64,000 bases of DNA from Rhizaria sp. SCN 62-66 (GCA_001724265.1 MEDY01000018.1:62001-126000); one strand, 5' to 3'; positions 47,637 to 60,731 are shown, counted from the stretch's first letter. Numbers and translations: made by a program. The notes: generated from the letters alone by a model not told the origin.

Positions 47637-48007
47637 GCCTGGGATCATCAAATGTGAAGAGAAATAGAAAGTTAAGATTATGAGAAGCAAACCTAAAGAC
47701 GGAACAATAATACAAGTGCTTTCGCCTTTGCCGTGTAAGTCGAGACGATATTTTGTTGTTGCTTAAGATGGCAACAAAGCGACGAGTGAAAGTAGATTTG
47801 TATGGATATAGTGCATTGAAACAGCGCTTGATTTGCAATTTGGTACTAAATATATGCTTAAATATAAATTAATTTTCATTATGAATGAAATATTCGAGAG
47901 ATTGTCATGTACTTCAAGTCACTATGGAGCTTGTTCAAGTCGGCCAACGACGATCGACTGAGGGCACTTCTTTGCGCGCACAGTCGTTTGCTGAGAAACC
48001 GTCCATC

Positions 48008-51000
48008 TTATTGCTGAGATTGCGAGACAACACGCGGCTGCTTCCACGGCCCAGTCCAGTTGTCGAGAACACTGTTGTCGACGATGACATCGCCGTCGGC
48101 GCTGTTGGTCAGGGGCAACTGCAGCAAGCGCTCGTACGCGTCGATTTGCTCGCGGTCGCCGACGTACGCGACGATGTCGAGGGCGCCGGTCATCTGCCAG
48201 CGCTGTTGCGAGTCCTTCAACTGAGAGACGGCGTTCGCGTCAGTACTCGCGCTCGGAGGCTGCGGCACCATAGAGAGCATCGCAATCACACGCGCCAACT
48301 CCACGGCCTCCGCGGCGGTGTCGCACACCACGATGACGCCGTCGCTGAACCACAGCGCGTTGTTGACCCGTACGGCCTTCTCCGCCTCGGTGCGAATACC
48401 AAGCTCACGGTCCAAGACGCTCTGCGGCAGCCCCACGCCGTCCTTGTACACGCTCACGCGCTCAGCCCCGCCACTTACATCGGCGCCCGAGGCACTTAGA
48501 CCGACATTGTGGAAGTGCCGGAAGCACTGCTCGAGCTCGGCACGGCTGCATACCGCGGTGTTGCGGTCGTACGCCGCCACGCGCGCCGCCCTCCGGACCG
48601 TCTCGATGTCCTTAGGCAGGTCGGCCGCGGGCGCCTGCTCGGTGATGTACGTTACCAGCACCGGAAGCGACGTCAACGCGCCGCGCGGGCCCGCGGCGGC
48701 CGCGGCGGCGAGCTGGTCCGCGGTCGCGGTGTCGTACGTGGCCGCGGCGGCGAAGGGAACCGCGGAAGGCTGGGAAAAGGGGCGGGAGCGCGCGTCGGTG
48801 ATGTGGGACAACAGAGAGGCCCAGTTGCCGAGATTCGAGAAGGCCACCTGGCGGTCGGAAGCTAAGCCGCGTGGGAGGACAAACTCGGGATTCGCAATTT
48901 CAGCATCGGCGTAGTCTGAGTCCGAGCCAACGTTATTGCTCTCGCCGTCGTTATCGTCAATCAGCTCTTCATTCGCGCTGACACTGTTCTTATTCGAGAA
49001 GAAGCCGGAGACCGCGCGCGCAAGAGAGCTGAAGAAGCCACCCTTAGACGCGGTGTCCTGAGAGGGACTTAGATCCTCGCCCTGGGCCGCAGCGTCATCC
49101 CTGGGAGTGTTGTCGTCCACAAAAGAAGGGTTTATGGGAATACCGCTCGAATCAACGCTGGCGAGATCAGTGCACACCGTCTCACTCACAAACACGCGCA
49201 TTTGCCCACTCACGCGGACACGGCTGAAGTCGCACTTGCTCGTGACATTGCCCACGCTAGTGTCGGTGTTGACGTTGTGACTGTGGGCCGCGATCGCGTT
49301 CGCGACCTCCAAGTGCTGCCACGAGAACCAGTCGAACAGCGCGCGCGACTTGCACAGTACCGCTGACTCAGCAAACCGCGTCGCAGCGGACTCGGCGCGG
49401 AAGCGAGCGCCCACCGCCGCGAAGCACCGGAGAGCGTTCAGTGAGGAGGCGGCCGCTGAGTCAGCAGTCGCATCCGCAGCCTCGGCGGAAGAAACGGCGG
49501 TGGTGGCGGCGGCAGCGGCGGCAGGCACCGTGATCAGCCGCGACGGCGCAGCGGCCGTCTCCTCCGCCACGGCGGCCACGAGCTGGGTCACAGTGACCGT
49601 GGGCACGCGCGCTGGCAGGAACTTCACGGGGTCACTAGCGGCGGCGGGCGGCTTCGCGCCGTGCGCGTCGCGCAAGCCCACGCCCACACTGCTCAAACCG
49701 GGAGTCGCGGTGGTGCTGGCCAAGTTTGTGAACGCGGCGGGCACCGGCGGCGGCGGCGGGCGTCCCTCCTTGGCGGCGTCTGCGGTCGCCATGAAGCTGC
49801 GCATGTGGTTCAGCTGCCGCTGTCGCTCAACCTCCTTTTGCTCAGAAGTTAGGCCGCCGTTGCTGCCAGCCGCAGCGGCGCTGCTGCTGCCGTTGGTGAG
49901 GGGCAGCGCGTCGTCGATAGTGGTGTAAGTGTCGACCTCGAGCCCGGCGATGGTGAGCAGTGGCGTGAGATTGTTGTTGCTCGAGTCTGTGTGCGCGTGC
50001 TGAGGCTTCACCGTTGTGGTGATGCGGGAGAGAACGCGTGCGCCGTCGATCTGGGCCAGAGTATTCAGCACGAGAGCAGTGTAGAACTGGTTGCTGGTCA
50101 CGATACCAGCGTTGGCACTGCTGTCGTAGCGCGCGATGGCGGTGCTAGCATCTTCGTTGTTGGTGCCGGTGGACGCGGTGCGCGTGCTTGCCTGAGTTGC
50201 AGCGCCGTTGTCGCTGCTGCTGCTGCTGTTGTTGTCCGCGGTCAAGAGGCCGCGGTACAGAGCACGCGGCGCACAGTCAAACTGCACGCGCTCGTCGTAG
50301 TTGGGCCAGACCGTGTTGACGAGCTTGTACAAGTAGCTCTCATCGCCAATATGACTTGTTCCAACATCATCAGCAGCACCAGCGTCATCGTCTGTAGCGT
50401 TAGCGGCAACATTGCTCGAACTACCACTCACCACAACCTTGGTAAGATGGAGCGAGCCGAGATCGCGAGACAGAGAGGAGTCCTCCAACTCGGCCAGCGC
50501 GGACTCGATCCACTCCATGTCGCTCTGCGGAGTCAGCACCAGCTCGCCAGTGCTCGCGACAGCAGCGCCAGCATCAGCGCTAGCAGTGGCAGAGCTCTCG
50601 GTGTCAGCGGCCGCAGCGGCAGCGGCAGTGGCCGTATGCGCGCGGATGACCTGCAGCGCGCGCTGTGCGAGCCCGATGAGTTCTTCGGCGTCGCTGGAGT
50701 AACCCTCGTGCAGAGCAGCGTACAGGTACGCGGCGAGCTGTGCCGCAACCTTCTTGCTATCGCTATTCCAGACAGCGTTCACGTCCGGAATCGCACTGAT
50801 GTCACCCATGCCCGCAGCCAACCCACGGTTCCCAGTGACGACGGTGACGGTGTGGTCGCAGAGCGTCATCGCCTCGACCATCATCGCCCAGCCAGCCAGA
50901 CACCACGCCGTGTGCGCCAGCGTGTCGTCTTGCGCCTGCCCCACCTGCGTGGCGAGCGACGCGGCCTGGCCCAACAGCTCCTGGGCCTCGGCGCCTACCT

Positions 51001-54000
51001 GCACAGCGGGGGTGTCGCGGCCCAGCGCGCCCGTGAGCGTACGCGTCAGCGGGCTCGCCGCGCCCGGGTAAGGATACTTAGACGCAGGAGTACTTAGATC
51101 CAGCTCCGCGGTGGGGGCCACGCTGTTGAAGTCGTGTTTCGCGAGCCCAAGCTGGTCGAGCGCAGCGACGCGAGCCGCGTGCTCGTTCATGCGGATATCA
51201 TTAGCAGTAGTTGCGGTCGCGTTCGCGGTCTGATCACGAAGATCGGGGTTAATTTCGTGCATCTTGGCCTTGATGGCGGCCTCTTGTTGCAAAATAGCCT
51301 CGACCTGAGCGGCGTACGCGTCGGTCGCGTTGCCGCCGCGCGTGAATGCATCACCCGCCTTGACGACGCCGTCCGTGTGGCTTGCATTAGCACGCGCGCC
51401 ACTCTTAGCGTTGCCGTCGCTAGTCAGCAGAGAGAGGTTGCTGCTGTACGATAGCAGTGCCGTTTCGGCGAGGGCGTCCGCAGCCCGCCTGTGCGTGACG
51501 GGGACTAGGGTCTCGATCGACGTGCCGTTGACGATTTCAGCGGCGATAACGCTCCGCATAAGCGAGTCGCGGCCGAAGACGAACTAAGCAACACAAATGA
51601 AAACAAAGAAAGACAATACGAGATAACAAAAAGCAATTTGATTAGTAAAATACAATAGCCAAGTCGGATAATGAATAATACAATAGATTGAGCCAAATCC
51701 CGCGTCGTTTTTAGTTATTAGGCGTGATCCGTGACTTGAGACGTACAACAGACTGGCCGAGCGGGACGGCCGCGGTGGCTTCCCACATCTCGTGCCGCGC
51801 CACGTTGCCACTCACCGCCTGCACGCGCGTGTCGCAACGGGCGAGCTGGTCCTGGAGCGCGACGATCTGCGTCAAGGCGACCCGCAGGCGCTTCGTCATC
51901 CGCGCGTTATTGCGCGGCACGGAGAAGAAAAGCGCGCCGAACTGTGCGGCGGTGGCGTAAAAATGTTGCAACGCCCGGAACATCTGCGCCGACGCGGGCG
52001 AAAGCTCGATCCCCGGCTGCAAATGGTGCATCTCGAGCGTCTCCGTGACCAGAGCCTCTGGGTAGCTGAGCGTGTGTGCGACGTGGTGGCGCATCGTCGC
52101 CACGCTCTCGGCACACTCCGCAGTCAGCCGAACGCCCGCCCCCAGCGAGGACTCCACCAGCAGCGCCGCGCGCTGGCTCGCGTCCCTGCACAGCCGCTGC
52201 GCGCTCTGCACCGCGTCCGCCAGCTCAGCTCCGCGCAGCACTGAAACATCCTGCGGCGACGCGAGCTTGTGGTCAAGCGCGGTCCGCAGCGCGGCGGCCA
52301 GCGCGGCGGGCTCCCTCGCGCGCGCGAGGGCCAGGTCCGCGGCCTGCCGCGCGGTGCTCAGGTGCGCGTGGACGGGCGCACCGGTCGCGGGGTCGCGCGC
52401 GACGGCGGCGGCGGGCGCGTTGGCCCCCGGGACAACCATCGGGCTGTGCTTGGGGTGGTGCACAGTCAGGGCCAGCATGCGGCGGCGGAAGCGGGAGGCC
52501 GCGACCGAGAACGCCAGCACGCGTGGGATCTCCTCGGACCGTCCGCTGAGGAGGCCGCGAAGGAGGGAGCGCGGGGCCCGCTCGTCCGACAGATCTTGCT
52601 GCCACGTCGCAGGGAGGCGGCCGGCGACCGGGCTGGCAGCGCTGAGGGGAGTCTCGTTCACAGCAGTCGAAGCATTCGCGGTCGGCGCGGTCGCATTCGC
52701 ATTCGCGGCCGCAGTCGCAGGATCAGTGGCCGCGGCTGCGGCCGTGCGGCCGTGCAAGGAAGCTAGCTGCCGCGGTGCGTGCCGGTGACGGTAGTACGCG
52801 GGCGGGAATGTGGGGTTAAAGCCGCGGCTGCGCGCGAAGGCGTCGAATCCGCTGAGGTCTGCGCCCCGCGGCAGGGCCGAGAGCGCGGGGACGGAGTAGG
52901 TCTCGCCGTTGTACGCGCGGGAAATCACCTCGCCAGTGCTCGTGCCGTGGGGAGACGCCGTCTGGGAGGAATGATCGGAGTGGGTGAACGCGCCCGCGCT
53001 GTTGTTGGATCCGGAGAACCACTTGTTGATGAGGTTGATGTTGTCGTTGTGGACAGACTCAAGCACTGCGCTGCCCACAAGAGGGTCAACGTCGCTGTTA
53101 CCAGTGCCGCTGCTGCTGCCGTTATTGTTGGGATGAGCATGTCCGCGGCTGCTGTAAAGCGCATTGGTGGGGACAAAGCCTGACTCAACCGGCTTCCCAC
53201 TCGCGCGTCCGATCGCAGCAGACTCCTGCGTCGTGGTAGCTTCACTCACCGGAGTGGTACTGTTCGCCTGGGTTGCGCTGACAGGGCTAATGACGTTCGA
53301 CTTGCGGTTGTACTTCTTGGCGGCGTGCAACGGCTCCGCCAGCGCGTGGCCCGCATGCATCCTGCCGCCCCACACAGAGGGGTCCACCCACCACGCCACG
53401 TCGTCCTCCTCGCCCCACGCTTTTTTCGGTCCAAGCCACGTCCCGCGGACGCCCACAGCGGCGGGCGACAGCAGTTCCGTGGGCATCGCAGCCGCGGCCG
53501 CCCGCTGCCGCACGGGCGCGCCCGCCGAGAGCCAGCGGCCGTAGCCGTCTGCGCGCGGGGTGAGCCCGGTCACCGCGGCGGCCGAGGGCGGCTCGGAGAA
53601 GAAGGACTGGGGGTCGTAGCTGCCGATCGAAGGCAGCGTGAGCGAACGGTTCAGGGAGAGAATAGGGGCCAGTTTGCGGTCGTAAAGCGAGATATTGGAG
53701 TTGAATAAGTCAGGTCGCTGGAGCAGCACAGACGGGATGGAGCCGAAAGAGCGGGTAAGGGGGTTGAAGGTACTTACATCGCGGCGCCAGTCGCCATTGA
53801 CCTCGTGCTCACTGCGCAACGACGTGAACACATCGCTCAAACACTGTCCGTCAGAGACGTTGGGCTTAGCATATGCGGCAGCGTGAGTGGTATTGCGAGC
53901 GAGGGACGCAAGCGCAGGCGTGATGATGGTGTCGATGGTAGCCTGCGGCAAAGCTGGACCGACATCTGACATCACCACGGTGCCCAGCGCTAAAGCCTTT

Positions 54001-57000
54001 GACGACGGTGGCAACGACGAGGACAGCGGGGCAGTAAAAGCGGTCGGCTGGGGACTAAACGCAAACGCGGCGGTGGCGGTGCTGCTGCTCATCGAGTCAG
54101 GCAGAGACGTGACAGCGGCAAACACATTGTCACCGTTCTCTGACTTCACAGCACTGTTAGAGCTATTGCCACTGGTTTGGTTTTCAACGATATCACTGTG
54201 GCCAATCATCGCAAGCACATCGCTCGCCTTGTGACCACTGCTTGCAGCAAAGTCAGCCTCACGCTTGATCCCCGCAGCAACAGCGCTTAGCACCGCCGCC
54301 GCGGCCGCCCTGTCAAAGCTCTTGACGTGTCCCTGCGCGGCGCCCGAGACGCCCGTGCTGAGCAGCGGCACTTCCCCCACTCCGCCGGTTGCCGCGGTGA
54401 CGGCGCTGGCGCTGCTGCTGGCACTGTTGCGCGCCGCGGACGACGCCGCCGCGGCGAATCTGTTGAGATTCGCGAGCTGTTGCTTGATCGCCGCGGGGTC
54501 GGCGTACCGCGCAGGCGCGAGCAGCGGGTCTCTCTCGCGGATCATGTTGTCGGCGTACTTGAGCGCGAAGGTGCGGGCGTCGGCGTTGGTCAGGACGTCG
54601 TACTCCTCGTCCTCGCGGCGGTCGGGCTTCGCACGGCTGTTGTAAATATCCAGGTTAGTCTTCACAAAGTCGCCGCCGTTCGCGCTCGCACTCGCCGTCG
54701 CCGTCTTGCTGCCACTCGTACTCGCAGTATTGACAGTCGAGTTGTTATTGTGACTCGCGGTCTGAGCGTTCTTACCGAAGGGGTCGTGCGGCGCGTGGGG
54801 GTAGTACGGCACGCCCAACACTAGCATCGGCGTCCCGTCCGGCCGCAGGTTCGCGTCGGCGTTGCGCCACTGCGCACGGGCCTCGACCAGCGCGGCCTCG
54901 GCGTCCTGCTGCTTCTGCTGCTGCTGGTGCAGCTTGGAGACGGCGGTGGCGCCGTGACCGCCCGGGAAGTACACGCCTCCGCTCTGCAACGGCGAGGGCA
55001 CCTGCGACTGGGACTGTAACTGCGACAACGACGGGACCTGAGACGGCGAGTACGCCGATGTCTGTGGTGGCGATTGCTCTGACTGCGAGGGCGCGTACTG
55101 CAAGGGCCCTGCGGCGACGGCCCTGTTCATGGCCGCCGTGAGCACGGCTTGTTCGATCACCGCCGTGGCCGAGGAGTTGGCCGCTGGGTCCATCAAGATG
55201 GCGTGTGCGCGCGCCTCGCGGGCCCACGCCTCGTGGGGCGCCATCACGCGCGGCGAGCGCCGGTGGTGGCGGGCCAGCGACTGGGCGAGCAGGTGCGCGT
55301 GCTGCGTGGCTAAGTGGGCCGCCTCCGCGCTGGGGTACTTAAACTCCAACGGCGGCGGGAGGCTGCCGCTGCGGCGCGGGGAGGCCGCGGTGTGCATGTA
55401 AGGGTGCTGAGAGAAAGCACCGCCGAGAACAGCCGAAGTCACGCTTGAATCATTGCTGTTACAGTTGTTGTTGTTGCTGCTACCCAGACGCTTGCTCCGG
55501 TAGTAGTGGTACTTAGACGCCTCGCTGAGGTCAATCGGCGTCAGCACGCTGTAAGTACCCCGTAGACCCATCCGCGCAGCCTGCCTCTTGAGCGCCGCCC
55601 GGTGGGTCAGCCGCGGGTGCAGGCTGTAGTGGCTATGAGCTGCAGTCAGCGGCGCAGGGAATCGCTGGCCGGCGCCGCCAGGCGCGGCTTGATTTAAAGG
55701 CAAGCCGCCCCCCAAGTGCGACAGCGACGACGAAGATGACGACGAAGACGCGCTGTCACCCGCCTGCGCGTTGCCGGCGCCGGCGCTACCGTTGCCATGG
55801 CGGTGACCGTTCGCGCTCAGGTTCGTGGTCGCGTGTGTCGGCGTGTGCATCAGCGTGTGCGCCCGCGGGAGGTCGACGGGGATCGCGAGGGACGGCGCTG
55901 CCACCGTGTGCGCGGCCACGACCTGCAGTGTGGCCGCAGCGGCGTCGTCGTACACCGCGATCGGGACCTGCGCCCGGGCGAACACCAGCGCGGACGTGAG
56001 TGCCGTGATCTCGCTCAGTGAGAGCAGGCAGTCCGCGAGGTCAAGTCCAAGCGCAGCCAGCGCCGAGGGCTCGGGGGCCAGCTCGCCCGCGAAGCTGTGT
56101 GTGACGGCGACCGGCGCCGCGCAGAAAGGATTACTCCCCCCGCCGCTGTGGCTGCCGTCAGCAGAAGCAGCAGCAGCAGGGAACCCGTCGGCTCCTGATG
56201 CGGTGCCAGGGGCAGTATAAGGATTACTCCAGGGGTCGGGCGTCAGTGCGGTCTCTGCAAGTGCCAGCTCGGGCGCGGGCGCGGCCGTCACAGCGCACAC
56301 AGCGTCGTAGCGCTCGGCAACCCAGTCGCGCACGGTCCCCCTGCCCAGCGAGAGCGAGTGCGAGGGCGGGGACAGCGCGGTGGGGTTGCGGAAAAGCCGG
56401 TGCGCGCGCGCCGCGGCGGTGAGCGTGGCGAGGAAGGGCGGGTAGGGGGCCGAGGCGGAGTCGAGACCGGGGGTCGCGTGGTGGTACTGGCCCTGCGCAA
56501 ACGTGTACGCACTCGCATTCGCGCTATCAGGGCTCGCGCTCGAGATAAATCCACTCGATGCGCTGTTGTTGTTGTTGTTGTCGTTGCCGGTGAGACCGTT
56601 GCTGTTGGTGGTGCTGAGGGTGGGAGTCGACGGCAGGTAGTACGAGTGGCCGTTCAGAGCCATGACTTCGCGGGCGGCGGCAAGGACGAGGTTGAGGCAC
56701 GTAAGCCACTCGTGCTTGTCGACAGGGACGCCGTTGATGCTGATGCGGCCGCGCAGCGAGCCTGGAGTGAAACAAAAGCAAGGAGTGACACATTAAAAAG
56801 TGAGAGGATATCACAACAACTAAAGGTAGATCAGCAATACAAAGCTCCATAAATCAATATCAGTGAAATATTTTTGTGTTCGTTTGTTCATGTTGACGCA
56901 CCTGAGGCCGGGTTGTTTGTGACGACGCCCACACTGTGCCCATACAGCAGCCGGAGCCCCGTCGCCAGCTTGGTCTGGATCTCGGTCGCGCCCAGATCTC

Positions 57001-57985
57001 CGGTCACCGTGAACGCGATCGGCGCGGTCAGCGAGCCTACCACAGTGCCGTTGCCACTGCTCGTCGCAGTGCTTGCGCCCGCGCTCAGAGGGCTACTGAG
57101 GGCATTGGGGAGGCGTTTGTGTGACAGTGGGGGCGGGATGTCGCCGCGCGCCTCTAAGTACCTCCGAACGTAAGCCGCACCTAGAAGCGAGGCGTCGCAG
57201 GGCCGCACAGCGTTGACGCGGGAGAGGTACTCGACGGCGTTAGCGTACGCGGCGTCGGCGTCGTAGGACGCCGGCAGCGCGACGGCGGAGCTGTCGCTTT
57301 GCGCAGGAGAATTCGACATCGCAGTAGACGCTGGCACAGTCGTGTGGCTACTGTCGGACTGAGCAGGGCTCTCGCTAGATGCTGCGGTGTCGGCGACAGG
57401 CGCGGCGCCAGTCTCCGCACTGCTGCTAGCCTCAGTCGCAGCAGACTCGGCCACAGCAGACTCGGCCACAGCAGCAGCAGTAGAAGCGGATGCAGATGCA
57501 ATGGGAAGTGGTGTAGCTAGGCAAGGGTACGTCTCAGGCCCCTGTGCACTCGCACCCTCGTCAATACTACCGCCTTCGTCCTAAGACTGCGCGTGCGAGC
57601 GCCCAAAGAACAACGTGGCCTTCGCCTGCGCAGCAGCGGCCGCAGCAGCAGCGGCAGCGTTGGCGGCGGCGATGGCGTTGGCGGCGGCGGTCGGTGTGAA
57701 GGACAAGGGGACGCCGAAGTGGCGGTGCGCGGAGGCAAGCGGAAGCAGGCGCGGGGACACAGGCTCCTTGGCCCACACGGCGCCAACATAAGTGCTGGTG
57801 TGGGAGTTGGAGGCCTGAGTGACTGGGTTTGCAACAGAATCTGCGGCGGTATCGCTGGCGGGCGTTGCAGAGGTGGTGGCCGCGGCGGCGGCGGCTGAGA
57901 GAGCGCGCTGGACGACACATTGCGCAGTAGCGGAGGCGCGGAGTGCGGTGTGCCGGGCGGTGCGCCGGGCGTGCGCGGTGAGCAT
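48008..57985 (-). CDS. Giant, probably mitochondrial, degenerate FolC/folylpolyglutamate-synthase (Mur-ligase fold)-like protein, ~3224 aa. Exons 57985-56902, 56761-51747, 51583-48008; in-frame TAG at 57583-57581
   Basis: Arg-rich, acid-free presequence. Two phase-compatible introns join the ORFs. Collinear FolC-like segments such as FTVTGDLGATE...SLRGRISINGVPV, EITALTSALVFARAQVPIAVYD and DTLAHTAWCLAG. Ends TAA. The gene model is firmer than the family assignment, which is by eye. Confidence 0.65.
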
Positions 57986-58974
57986 GTGGGTTGCGCTGTG
58001 GCTGAGTGAAGGGCGAGCGCGTGGGGTTAAGGCCGAGCCAGCAGCACGTGAGGTGAGGTCCGTGCAGTCGGGAAACTGCGACGAGGCTGCAGAAGGAGTT
58101 TTACGTCGACCAGAAAAGAATATTAAACAGAAAATAAAATTTTAGTAAGTCATTCACTGCAAATCACTGCGTATATCACTAAACACGGATGTTCTGAGAC
58201 CTGGGACTGATTGCAAGTTGATGGCTTGGTGAGAGCGGAGTCGCCGAACAGATCGGCTTGGTCACGCGGCAGATTCACACAATTCCTCCAGATACTGACA
58301 ATGTTTGCTGCCTCCAATGTAGATATCTCAGTACACTATGTCTTGATAAATTTTCCCATTCATATTGGCTGTATATTCTTATCTGATATCTATTGCTGCA
58401 ACATATACGCTCAAACACAGATCTACCACAGCTGGTAATGGCAGCACATTCTATGGGATAAATGCAACAAGATTGAAGCTCAATTGGACACACGCATATT
58501 ATAGAGTCCGGGATACAGTTGCATATCTTTGACATCAGTAGTAATGCATATAACCCTGATTAGACTTCGCCTGCATCGCTAAAGTGACGAATCACAACAA
58601 GGTCACTTCTCAGACTAGGTGGACAGAAGAGATCCGTGCAGCATCGAAATAAACTTCTAAGTTTATGTCATTTTGATAAAATACAGTAATCTGTATATTA
58701 CACTCATAAATTCTACCTGTGCGATAGCAGACTTTGCTTTTAAAGCCAAATACTATATTTACTAAAGGCAAGCCCACAACAAACGGACGACCTGTGAGTG
58801 ATAACCAATCACTCCACTTCAAACACGTCGATCTCGCTCATGCGTCCGTCCATAGCGACAAGCACACGTTTCTGTAATATCATATTGGCTCGCCTTATAG
58901 AATTCCTTATTATACTTTCTACAAATTTGATCTTGTCACGCAGAGCCGTCCAGGAGGTAGCCCGCTGTCACCCG

Positions 58975-59975
58975 ATGCTTCGCCGCTCCGTCACCAAGCT
59001 CAGCGGCGCCTTCGCCCCCACCCTTGGCGCGATCAAAGTCAAGGCCGTGGCAACAGTGACGCCTCTTGTTGTGGTAGCAGCCCCGCAACGCGACTTCATC
59101 AAGGGCTTCCTTAAGAAGCTCCGGTACGAGGCTACCGGCGTCGAGAAGGTCCGTCTCTGCCCCTCCCCACCACTGTCCCTCTCTGTACATATCTCCCTCA
59201 TAACACGCTCAATATCACGTACCTTTTATTTTCTTGTGAGTCGCTACTATAGGTTGGCAAGGACGAGTTCGGCAATGAGTACGAGTTGTATTCGTTCAAG
59301 GGCGAGGCCAAGCCGCGTCGCCAAGTCAACTACGCCAGCACTGTCCCGGATCCGTCAACCCTGCCGCCGCTCTGGTCCGCCTGGCTGCGCAACCTGCGGC
59401 CGTATCCACCCACTGAGGCCGAGATCACGCAGTACAAGGCGCGGCAGGCGGCGCTGGCGCAGCGCGTGCGCGCGCTCGAGCGGGAGGACGCGCTGATGAA
59501 GGAGCAGGAGATGGAGCTCAAGCTGCAGCGTACGTTTGATAGAAACAACTATTTACCCACGAAGATGTTGATATTTTACTATAAGACTTCAATAAGATTT
59601 TAGTTATTGTATTATCTCATTGGCATACTCTTTTGTCCTATCTGTGTTTGTTTCGTTCTTATATATGCAGACTTCCGCGAAGGCATGCCGACGATCGGAC
59701 AGGCCTACACCAACAACAACAACAACAACAACAACAACGCGTCGCGCGCAGACTACACTGGCTACAGCCCCGCCAAGGGCAAGGGCATGGAGCCCATGAC
59801 GCCCGAGGACATCCTCGCCCGCGTCAACGCCGCGCGGCAGGCGGAGGCGGAGGCGGAGGCCGCGGCTAAGGCAGCGCGTACTAGTTCTACTCCAGCTCCT
59901 GCTAGTGCTGCTGCGAATACTACCGCTGGCGCTGGTGCTGGCGCTGACGGCCAGTCTGGTGAGCGTAAAGAGTGA
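58975..59975 (+). CDS. NDUFA12/NDUFAF2-family complex I subunit or assembly factor, ~251 aa. Exons 58975-59148, 59253-59529, 59671-59975
   Basis: Presequence MLRRSVTKLS, then VGKDEFGNEY...RRQVNY...LPPLWSAWLRNLRPYPPTEAE followed by a charged helix, which is NDUFAF2-like. Ends TGA. Confidence 0.85.
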
Positions 59976-60731
59976 GTTCCAAGCGTTACACTATTGATGT
60001 GAGCTCTCTTGTGGCGACTTTTAACGAGCTGATCACTAAAACAAAGAGTTTGAGTCGCAGGTGACTTGAAGGAAACGAATTGAAAAGTTCAACTTAAAGA
60101 ACCTAAATCTTCTCTCCGTATTATATTGTTCGATGGCCACGGATTTTGCGTAATACAAAGTAACATAGCTGCAACTTTCTAAAAACCTATTCCTCTGTTT
60201 TCTGCTTGGCGACTGTGAGCATCGAGCTCTTTGCGTCTGCCACGGTGGCAACAACAAACTCCTTGGACACGAAAATAAAACCACAGAATTCTTTAACAAA
60301 GAAATCGTCAACTGATTTTTTGTCGGGTGCAAATTTTATCCGAAATAAGTATCTTGCGGACTATATTGGTTATATCTTCATCACACAGTATCCTGAAGTG
60401 ATTCAAGTCGTTGAAGTTTGGATACCACAACAGCAAATTCCGGTAAAACTTCAAGTCGCAACTTGCTCTAATCCGACTAGATTAACGGCGGCAGTTTGTT
60501 ATGCAATACCAGACTTACTCATATGCAAAATGCCACTGTTTTACACGCATCGCCCCACAGACAAGTCCTCAACAAGTCCCTGCAACTTCGTCTCTTCGAA
60601 GTGCACCCTTCCACAGACCGCATCAGCTCTGTGTATCTCGCTTACTCGCGGCAAACCAATAAATCTACGCTACACGCAGTAGCCTGTAGGTTTGTCCTTG
60701 GTTTCTGCGTGCGTTTTCTCTGTACCCGTGC

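Noticed and set aside
7402-57583. Treating the TAG-interrupted genes as pseudogenes or sequencing errors
   Set aside because: Decay or random error should also give TAA, TGA and frameshifts. All 11 interruptions are TAG, catalytic motifs are intact where recognisable, and TAG is absent from the 13 gene ends.
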